Shown in pieces: positions 9,132-15,253 of a stretch of DNA of 25,240 nt. Every line of letters begins with the position of its first letter. The first letter of the stretch is position 1. Origin of the DNA: a virus (lineage: Duplodnaviria; Caudoviricetes); IMG/VR virus record IMGVR_UViG_3300017700_000102, positions 1-25,240 of that record; one strand, written 5' to 3'. Below the pieces are notes generated by a model. That model did no database searches. It was not told where the DNA came from and saw only the letters and a list, made by a program, of their open reading frames with translations. The position numbers were made by a program, and so were the translations under genes.

Positions 9132-9437
9132 ATGTCTACGCAGACAGACGTACTAGCAAGTGTACCCATTACCGGCAGCGGTCAGTTTACTGATCAATCT
9201 GCGGCTAACATTGCGCGGTGCCGGGTGAAAGCGGCCTACATCATCCCTTCAGGGACTGCGGGCAGTCTTGTCCTAAAAGATGGAGGTTCTGGTGGGGCAA
9301 CCAAGGTAACACTCAACACGGTAGCTTCAGCTACGCAGCCCACCTACGTACTTTTCCCCGGTGAAGGGCTTTTGTTCCAAACCGCTGTGTATGGGGTGGT
9401 TACTAATCTTGGTTCTGCAATGATTGTTTACGGATAA
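9132..9437 (+). CDS. Hypothetical small beta-rich protein (about 101 aa), probably virion-associated
   Basis: GAGGAG RBS at 9118-9123 and ATG at 9132. Motifs QTDV, RVKA, GSLVLKDGG, PGEGLLF. Confidence 0.75.
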   Translation: MSTQTDVLASVPITGSGQFTDQSAANIARCRVKAAYIIPSGTAGSLVLKDGGSGGATKVTLNTVASATQPTYVLFPGEGLLFQTAVYGVVTNLGSAMIVYG

Positions 9438-9449
9438 ACAGGAGCTATC

Positions 9450-10205
9450 GTGCAAAACCAAAAGGGCTTTGACCTTGCTGGTAAGAAGTTGATGATTGGC
9501 CTCCCCGCGTATGACCACAAAGTCGGGGTGAAGATGGCGATATCGCTGATGCAGCTAGGGCAGAAACTGATGGAGCACGGCATTGGCATACAGGTGCAAA
9601 GCTTGTGCGGGTGCTCTGTTGTTTCTCGTGCGCGTAACGTGATTGCCCATGAGTTCATGAAGTCTGACTGCGACCACCTCATGTTCATTGATGCAGACAT
9701 GACCTTTGATGCAGATTCTGTTATTCGCTTGATGGCTTGGAATCAGGAAAGGGCTATTGTCGCCGGGGCCTACGAGGCCCGCAAGGAAGGCAAGGTCTAT
9801 ATCCTGTCACTGGATGGCGGGCATGGCGTGAACGGGCCGCAGGGTAAGGTCACAATGGATGCGATGGGGTTGATACGCGCCTACCGGGTGGCTACTGGGT
9901 TCATGATGATCCAGCGTCGGGTGTTTGAGGTGCTACGGGATGCCAACCCGGAGTGGCGGCACAAGGACGTTAACACCGACGAGATGATGTACAGCTACTT
10001 TGACTTCAAGTGCACCCCGGAAGGGTACATCGGTGAGGACTTCTTGTTCTGTGACCGTGCGCGGGAGCAGGGCTTGGACATCTGGGTGGACCCCACGATT
10101 AAGCTGGGGCACATGGGCATCCATGAGTTCAAGAGCGACTTTGGTAACGATGTTCTGTACCCTTCGATGCAAGCCGCGCAACAAACGCTTAGTACGGCGG
10201 CATGA
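9450..10205 (+). CDS. Glycosyltransferase, GT-A fold (GT2-like)
   Basis: GTG start with AGGAG RBS. N-terminal LMIGLPAY strand, SRARN, DHLMFIDADM (DxD motif), ATGFMMIQRRVFE, GEDFLFC, WVDPTIKLGH. Confidence 0.88.
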   Translation: MQNQKGFDLAGKKLMIGLPAYDHKVGVKMAISLMQLGQKLMEHGIGIQVQSLCGCSVVSRARNVIAHEFMKSDCDHLMFIDADMTFDADSVIRLMAWNQERAIVAGAYEARKEGKVYILSLDGGHGVNGPQGKVTMDAMGLIRAYRVATGFMMIQRRVFEVLRDANPEWRHKDVNTDEMMYSYFDFKCTPEGYIGEDFLFCDRAREQGLDIWVDPTIKLGHMGIHEFKSDFGNDVLYPSMQAAQQTLSTAA

Positions 10206-10206
10206 A

Positions 10207-10461
10207 ATGGCTAAGACTCCAGCATGGACACGAAAAGAAGGAAAGAACCCGGCGGGTGGGCTGAACGCGAAGGGGAGGGCTTCCTACAAAGCAGCCAACC
10301 CCGGAAAACCCGGCTTGAAGCGGCCCCAGCCAGAAGGAGGCTCCCGACGCGATTCCTTCTGTGCGAGGATGACGGGGATGAAGAAGAAGTTGACCTCCGC
10401 CAAGACAGCAAATGACCCGAATAGCCGTATAAACAAAAGTTTAAGAGCTTGGAAATGTTGA
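10207..10461 (+). CDS. Small basic protein (84 aa)
   Basis: Likely start is ATG 10207, after the GT stop at 10205. MAKTPAWTRKEGKNPAGGLNAKGRASY...RRDSFCARM...SRINKSLRAWKC. Very Lys/Arg-rich. Confidence 0.85.
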   Translation: MAKTPAWTRKEGKNPAGGLNAKGRASYKAANPGKPGLKRPQPEGGSRRDSFCARMTGMKKKLTSAKTANDPNSRINKSLRAWKC

Positions 10462-10471
10462 GGAGAATGTG

Positions 10472-10672
10472 ATGGCTGACAAGAAACCCCCCGAATACTA
10501 CGACGAGATGGACCGCAGGGACGCTGCAAAAGCCAAGGCGGCATACGACAAGGCTAGCCCGGTTGGCAAGAGCATCCCACCGGTGCCTGAAAAGAAATAC
10601 GCAAAAGGTGGCTTCGTTCGCTCCGCGGACGGCTGTGCCCAGCGGGGTAAGACCCGTGGGAAGATGCGGTAG
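10472..10672 (+). CDS. Small protein with YAKGG and ADGCAQRGKT motifs (66 aa)
   Basis: GAGGAG RBS. C-terminus KKYAKGGFVRSADGCAQRGKTRGKMR is paralogous to the C-terminus of the next gene. Confidence 0.8.
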   Translation: MADKKPPEYYDEMDRRDAAKAKAAYDKASPVGKSIPPVPEKKYAKGGFVRSADGCAQRGKTRGKMR

Positions 10673-10701
10673 TATTTTCCAACACTAGATAGGGTGATGA
10701 C

Positions 10702-10959
10702 ATGAAAGAATCCAAGGCAATGATGGGTAAAGAAGTGGCGTTCATGAAAAAGAAGGGCGCTCCTAAGTCCATGGTGAAGCATGAGATGGCTGAAGCCCGG
10801 GGTATGAAAAAGGGTGGTATGCCAATGAAAGACGGCAAGCCTGCGTTCATGAAAAAAATGAACATGGGTGGTATGACTGGGTACGCCAAGGGTGGTTCGG
10901 TATCTGCCCGTGCGGATGGCATTGCACAACGCGGCAAGACCAAGTTTAAGATGGTCTAA
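10702..10959 (+). CDS. Small Lys/Met-rich basic protein (85 aa)
   Basis: 18 Lys and 14 Met by hand count. Contains MKKGG, MNMGG, YAKGG and RADGIAQRGKT. Confidence 0.85.
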   Translation: MKESKAMMGKEVAFMKKKGAPKSMVKHEMAEARGMKKGGMPMKDGKPAFMKKMNMGGMTGYAKGGSVSARADGIAQRGKTKFKMV

Positions 10960-11238
10960 ATGCGCTCCTCCCGTGGAATGGGGGCGACGGCCCCCTCTAA
11001 GATGCCCAAGGCTAAGAACGTCGTTAAACGTGACGGGAATGAACCTACTAAGGTGTTTAAGGAGGGTGGCAAGGTCAACGAAGCGGGTAACTATACCAAA
11101 CCCGAGATGCGTAAGCGCATCTTTAACAGCGTTAAAGCGGCTGCGGTTCAAGGTACTGGTGCAGGGCAGTGGAGCGCGAGAAAGGCCCAGCTAATGGCTA
11201 AACGCTACAAAGCCGCAGGTGGGGGGTACAAAGATTGA
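10960..11238 (+). CDS. Small basic protein (92 aa)
   Basis: Abuts the previous stop. SRGMGA..PSKMPK N-terminus, FKEGGKV, and C-terminal GQWSARKAQLMAKRYKAAGGGYKD. Confidence 0.85.
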   Translation: MRSSRGMGATAPSKMPKAKNVVKRDGNEPTKVFKEGGKVNEAGNYTKPEMRKRIFNSVKAAAVQGTGAGQWSARKAQLMAKRYKAAGGGYKD

Positions 11239-11471
11239 AAGCTCCCCAGCAGTCCCTGAAAAATTGGGGTGACCAGAAATGGCGCACAAAGTCAGGTAAA
11301 CCCTCCTCGAAAACAGGTGAGCGGTACCTCCCAGAAGCCGCTATTAAAGCCCTTAGCCCGCAGGAGTACGCAGCGACCACAAGGGCAAAACGTCAAGGTA
11401 AGGCGGCTGGCAAGCAGTTTGTGGCCCAGCCTAAGAATGTGGCCCAGAAAACCGCGGCGTATAGGAAATAA
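11235..11471 (+). CDS. Small basic protein (78 aa)
   Basis: TTG start overlapping the previous TGA (TTGA). SLKNWGDQKWRTKSGKPS..TGERYLP...AKRQGKAAGKQFVAQPK. Confidence 0.8.
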   Translation: MKAPQQSLKNWGDQKWRTKSGKPSSKTGERYLPEAAIKALSPQEYAATTRAKRQGKAAGKQFVAQPKNVAQKTAAYRK

Positions 11472-11483
11472 AAGGATGGTGGT

Positions 11484-11525
11484 ATGAGAAAAGCCGGGTT
11501 CATGAAGGTGGGTGGCAAGTGCTAG
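11484..11525 (+). CDS. Putative 13-aa micropeptide MRKAGFMKVGGKC (not in ORF track)
   Basis: ATG 11484 to TAG 11525 fills the gap between two small genes, with AAGGA/GGTGG upstream. Resembles the AFMKK and MKKGG segments of the 10702 protein. Could be a gene remnant. Confidence 0.35.
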   Translation: MRKAGFMKVGGKC

Positions 11526-11677
11526 CCAGCAGGGGGATGGGGGCAATCTCCCCGAGCAAGATGCCCAAAGGCAAGCGTGCAAAACGGCGGGACAACACTG
11601 ACTTTGAGATGTATGCTAGTGGTGGCGCGGTGAAGCCTAAGTCACGCCAGTTTCAGCAATTTAGGAAGACCAAGTAA
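11519..11677 (+). CDS. Small basic protein (52 aa, not in ORF track), paralogue of the 10960 N-terminus
   Basis: GTG 11519 to TAA 11677, abutting the ATG at 11678. MLASRGMGAISPSKMPKGKRAKRRDNTDFEMYASGGAVKPKSRQFQQFRKTK aligns with MRSSRGMGATAPSKMPKAKNVVKRDGNEPTKVFKEGGKV. Confidence 0.8.
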   Translation: MLASRGMGAISPSKMPKGKRAKRRDNTDFEMYASGGAVKPKSRQFQQFRKTK

Positions 11678-12604
11678 ATGACCACAACGGGTACCACCCT
11701 CTTCAACATGGAGTTTACAGAGATCGCCGAAGAGGCGTGGGAGAGGGCTGGCCGGGAGATGCGTTCGGGGTATGACCTACGGACGGCGCGGCGTTCCATG
11801 AACCTGATGACCATTGAGTGGCAGAACCGTGGCATCAACATGTGGACAATTGAGCAGGGGGCCATCACCCTGACTGCAGGGCTGAATACCTACGCCTTGC
11901 CCTTGGATACAATTGATCTGCTGGACCACGTCATACGAACTGGGAGTAACACAGCCTCCACGCAGGCTGACCTGAACATTACTAGGATCAGCGTACCCAC
12001 CTACGCAACAATACCCAACAAGCTAGCACAAGGACGCCCCATTCAACTTCTGGTGCAGCGGCTCTCCGGTGTGGTGTCTCCTACAAATGCTACGTTGAAC
12101 GGGGGGATCACCAGTACCACCACAACCATCACGCTGAGCACCACAGTGGGTTTGCCTGCGGCGGGGTTTATTCGTATTGACTCCGAAGATATCTATTATG
12201 GATACCTGAGCGGTAGTGCTCTGGGTGGGGTATTCCGAGCACAGAACGGCACCACGGCTGCAACGCATCTTACCGGGGCAGCGGTGTATAACCCAAACCT
12301 TCCCGCGGTTACCGTCTGGCTGACCCCGGACTCTGTGTCAACGTACCAACTTGTTTATTGGCGGCTACGGCGGGTGCAGGACGCCGGGTCTGGTGTTGAG
12401 ACTGCGGATATGAACTTTCGCTTTTTACCTGCGCTTAGTGCAGGGCTGGCGTACCATATAGCCATGAAGATACCTGAGTTTGCCCAACGGGTGCCGATGC
12501 TCAAGGAAGCGTACAACGAGCAGTTTGATCTGGCCGCGGGTGAGGATAGGGAGAAAGCTGCTATTCGGTTTGTACCCCGTCGGATGTTCATTGGTGGGGG
12601 CTAG
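11678..12604 (+). CDS. Head-tail adaptor/connector-like protein with an inserted Thr-rich domain
   Basis: 308 aa. EIAEEAWERAG...ARRSMNLMTIEWQNRG N-terminal helices, GRP motif, RFLPALSAGLAYHIAMK C-terminal helices. Function inferred from architecture and position. Confidence 0.65.
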   Translation: MTTTGTTLFNMEFTEIAEEAWERAGREMRSGYDLRTARRSMNLMTIEWQNRGINMWTIEQGAITLTAGLNTYALPLDTIDLLDHVIRTGSNTASTQADLNITRISVPTYATIPNKLAQGRPIQLLVQRLSGVVSPTNATLNGGITSTTTTITLSTTVGLPAAGFIRIDSEDIYYGYLSGSALGGVFRAQNGTTAATHLTGAAVYNPNLPAVTVWLTPDSVSTYQLVYWRLRRVQDAGSGVETADMNFRFLPALSAGLAYHIAMKIPEFAQRVPMLKEAYNEQFDLAAGEDREKAAIRFVPRRMFIGGG

Positions 12605-12994
12605 ATGGGTAACCGCTTTGCTTCAGCTAAAAACTCTATTGCTCAGTGTGATAGATGTGGTTTTCGATATAAACTACGAGACCTGAAAGAGCTGGTTGTT
12701 AAGACCAAGAGAGTGAACCTGTTGGTCTGCCCCGAGTGTTGGGACCCGGACCAACCGCAATTGTTGTTGGGTATGTACCCGGTGGATGACCCGCAGGCAG
12801 TTGAGAATCCACGCCCTGACACAACGTATTACCAGTCTGGGGAACTTGCAGACGGGTCGTTGGGTGGGGGAAGCAGAGTAATTCAGTGGGGCTGGAATCC
12901 TGTGGGCGGGGCTAGGGGTTTTGATTCAGAGCTAACGCCAAACGATCTTGTTGCTATCGGTGCAGTGGGTACGGTTACTGTCACCACTACTTAG
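12605..12994 (+). CDS. Zn-ribbon (CxxC...CxxC) protein of the neck module
   Basis: 129 aa with CDRCGF and VCPECWD, followed by QPQL and DPQAVENPRPD. Confidence 0.8.
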   Translation: MGNRFASAKNSIAQCDRCGFRYKLRDLKELVVKTKRVNLLVCPECWDPDQPQLLLGMYPVDDPQAVENPRPDTTYYQSGELADGSLGGGSRVIQWGWNPVGGARGFDSELTPNDLVAIGAVGTVTVTTT

Positions 12995-13003
12995 GAGATG
13001 GTC

Positions 13004-13165
13004 ATGGAAGCAAAAAAGGCAGTTGGCGCTCATGAGCGCAATATGCACCCCGGTAAAAAACCGACGTTCAAGGCGGGTGGGGTCACGTCTCTCGCTATGA
13101 AGACCATGGGCCGCAACATGGCTCGTGCGGCCAATCAGAAGTCTTCTGGCAAACGGGGGCGATAA
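13004..13165 (+). CDS. Small basic protein (53 aa, not in ORF track)
   Basis: AGGAG RBS, ATG 13004, TAATG coupling to the next gene. MEAKKAVGAHERNMHPGKKPTFKAGGVTSLAMKTMGRNMARAANQKSSGKRGR carries FKAGG. Confidence 0.8.
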   Translation: MEAKKAVGAHERNMHPGKKPTFKAGGVTSLAMKTMGRNMARAANQKSSGKRGR

Positions 13166-13359
13166 TGGAATTTAAATATTTTGGGTGGGGTGACAAGAAC
13201 CCTACCAACAAGTACACCCAGCCCAAGGCTAATACCGAGAAACCCGGTAACCAGCAAGATACTGGGTACCCGCAGACGGATGTCAAGGATACAGGCATCA
13301 CCATGCGTGGGTACGGCGCAGCTATCAAGGGGCGCAAGTCCCGCGGACCCATGGCCTAA
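13165..13359 (+). CDS. Small protein (64 aa) with C-terminal RGYGAAIKG motif
   Basis: Translationally coupled to the previous gene. The basic C-terminus MRGYGAAIKGRKSRGPMA resembles RADGIAQRGKT of the 10472 and 10702 proteins. Confidence 0.8.
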   Translation: MEFKYFGWGDKNPTNKYTQPKANTEKPGNQQDTGYPQTDVKDTGITMRGYGAAIKGRKSRGPMA

Positions 13360-13369
13360 GAGGTAGCCC

Positions 13370-14005
13370 ATGAACTACACCGAGCTTAAAGCCAACATTC
13401 AAGACATCTGTGAGAATGAGTTCACTACGGGCCAGCTCGACATGTTCACGGATCAAGCAGAACAGAAAATCTACAACACTGTGCAGATTCCTGCACTACG
13501 CAAGAATGTCACGGGTACCATGTCTATAGGGAACTCCTATTTGCAAATTCCCTCAGATTTTCTGTATGCCTACTCTTTGGCGGTTATTGATGCAGCTAGT
13601 GAGTACCACTACCTCCTTAACAAGGATGTGAACTTCATCCGGGAAGCCTACCCAAAAAACACCGCCGCGTATCGGGGGCTCCCTAAGCACTATGCCAACT
13701 TCGATGACTCTGCATTTATTCTGGGGCCAACGCCTGATGTGGCCTATTCCACGGAGATGCACTACGGGTATTACCCAGAGTCGATTGTCACGGCGGGGAC
13801 GACGTGGTTGGGCAACGAGTTTGATTCTGCCCTGCTGAATGGGGCACTGATTGAGGCCATCCGGTTCATGAAGGGCGAGCCTGACATCATTGCCAACTAC
13901 GAGAAACTATACCTTCAAGCTATGGGACTGCTTAAGATTCTGGGTGACGGCAAGCTGCGACAGGATGCCTATCGCTCCGGCCAAGTTAGGGTACCAGTAT
14001 CATGA
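13370..14005 (+). CDS. Head-tail adaptor / tail tubular protein A-like
   Basis: 211 aa with GAGG RBS. MNYTELKANIQD, AEQKIYN, GLPKHYA, LGPTPD..Y, TWL....SALLNGALIEA motifs are typical of podophage adaptor proteins. Confidence 0.75.
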   Translation: MNYTELKANIQDICENEFTTGQLDMFTDQAEQKIYNTVQIPALRKNVTGTMSIGNSYLQIPSDFLYAYSLAVIDAASEYHYLLNKDVNFIREAYPKNTAAYRGLPKHYANFDDSAFILGPTPDVAYSTEMHYGYYPESIVTAGTTWLGNEFDSALLNGALIEAIRFMKGEPDIIANYEKLYLQAMGLLKILGDGKLRQDAYRSGQVRVPVS

Positions 14006-14280
14006 GCGCCGCCTTTATCGGCGGGGTCGTGGTGCAGACAGTGAACAACCGCGGGTGGAATCCAGAGGAGCTTGCAGATCGGGCGCTGGGCAAGATTATT
14101 CAGGTGGGCGATACGAGCCACCCCGCCATACGGGATCAGGCCCTAGCTTTCCGGGACCACATCAGGCAAGTGCTGGTTTTTTACCTGCAAGAGGCCCAAA
14201 AATCTGAGCGTACAACTGTGTGCGCGTTGCTACAACAGCAGGGTCGTGGAGACCTTGCTGAGTTAATAAGGGGTCTGTAA
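14002..14280 (+). CDS. Hypothetical protein (92 aa)
   Basis: ATGA and TAATG overlaps on both sides. NRGWNPEELA, HPAIRDQALAFR. Confidence 0.8.
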   Translation: MSAAFIGGVVVQTVNNRGWNPEELADRALGKIIQVGDTSHPAIRDQALAFRDHIRQVLVFYLQEAQKSERTTVCALLQQQGRGDLAELIRGL

Positions 14281-14729
14281 TGGCTATTTCTCAAGCACTG
14301 TGCACCAGCTTCAAAGTCCAAATCCTCAACGGGATTCATGCGTTCAGTACGACGGTGGTGCGGGGTAGCACCGCTGCGGATACGTTTAAAATTGCGCTTT
14401 TTACCTCCAGCGCCACGTTGAGCGCCACCACTACGGCATACAGTACTTCGGATGAGGTTGCTACAGCTGGTGGGTACACTGCGGGGGGCAATACCCTGAC
14501 GGTGGTGGCCCCTACCTCAACGGGCACCACGGCGTTTTTGGACTTCAACGACTCCACATGGTCTGCGGCTACCATCACGGCTAACGGGGCGCTGATCTAC
14601 AACAGCACCCAAGGGAATAAGGCAGTGGCGGTGCTGGCATTTGGCGCGGACAAGACTTCGACTGCGGGGGACTTCACGATTCAGTTCCCAACGGCAGACG
14701 CGTCCAACGCCATTATCCGTATTGCTTGA
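14280..14729 (+). CDS. Virion (tail-associated) structural protein (149 aa)
   Basis: CTSFKVQIL, DTFKIALFTSSA, GYTAGGNTL, DF.D.TW..ATITA.GALIYN, VLAFGADKTSTAGDFTIQFP. Beta-rich and upstream of the fibre gene. Confidence 0.75.
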   Translation: MAISQALCTSFKVQILNGIHAFSTTVVRGSTAADTFKIALFTSSATLSATTTAYSTSDEVATAGGYTAGGNTLTVVAPTSTGTTAFLDFNDSTWSAATITANGALIYNSTQGNKAVAVLAFGADKTSTAGDFTIQFPTADASNAIIRIA

Positions 14730-14739
14730 TGGTGTGTAG

Positions 14740-15246
14740 GTGGCCGATGCCATTGTAGCGTTTGAAGGCTGGGGTGCCTCAGGTGTAGCTTGGGGGGACC
14801 AAGGGTGGGGTGTCGGCCATTCGGATGTAGCAGCAACTGGTGCGCTAGGGACAGTAACGGTTGCGGCAGGGGCTGTAGTAGCTGTATCAGGGGTCTCCGC
14901 CACTGGTGAGCTTGGGACTGTAGCCGTCGTAGCAGGTGCGGTAGTAGCCGTTACCGGAGTGGCAGGCACCAGCGCATTAGGGACTGTAACCGTCGTAGCG
15001 GCGGGCGTGGTTGTAGTTACCGGGGTTGCTGGGACCAGCGCACTAGGTACGGTGGTTGTCGCGGCAGATGCTGATGTTGCCGTTACTGGGGTGTCTGCGA
15101 CAGGCTACGTAGGTCAGGTCAATGTCTGGGGACAGATTGATGACAATCAGGTCGCAAACTGGCAAAATGTAAACGACAATCAAGCATCTGGCTGGGGTGA
15201 TGTCAGTACCCAACAAAATGCAAACTGGCAACAACTAGCCGCATGA
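14740..15246 (+). CDS. Val/Ala/Gly/Thr repeat protein, probably tail-associated (168 aa)
   Basis: GTG start. N-terminal WG repeats, about 4.5 copies of a 22-aa repeat, and C-terminal 11-aa Trp-spaced repeats. Confidence 0.75.
   Translation: MADAIVAFEGWGASGVAWGDQGWGVGHSDVAATGALGTVTVAAGAVVAVSGVSATGELGTVAVVAGAVVAVTGVAGTSALGTVTVVAAGVVVVTGVAGTSALGTVVVAADADVAVTGVSATGYVGQVNVWGQIDDNQVANWQNVNDNQASGWGDVSTQQNANWQQLAA
14833..15126 (+). repeat. Degenerate 66-bp (22-aa) coding tandem repeat
   Basis: ATGALGTVTVAAGAVVAVSGVS / ATGELGTVAVVAGAVVAVTGVA / GTSALGTVTVVAAGVVVVTGVA / GTSALGTVVVAADADVAVTGVS / ATGYVGQVNV. Confidence 0.85.
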
Positions 15247-15253
15247 GGGCTCT

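Noticed and set aside
10000-10206. N-terminal extension of the 10000-10461 ORF
   Set aside because: It overlaps the glycosyltransferase in another frame. ATG 10207 directly after the GT stop gives a coherent basic protein.
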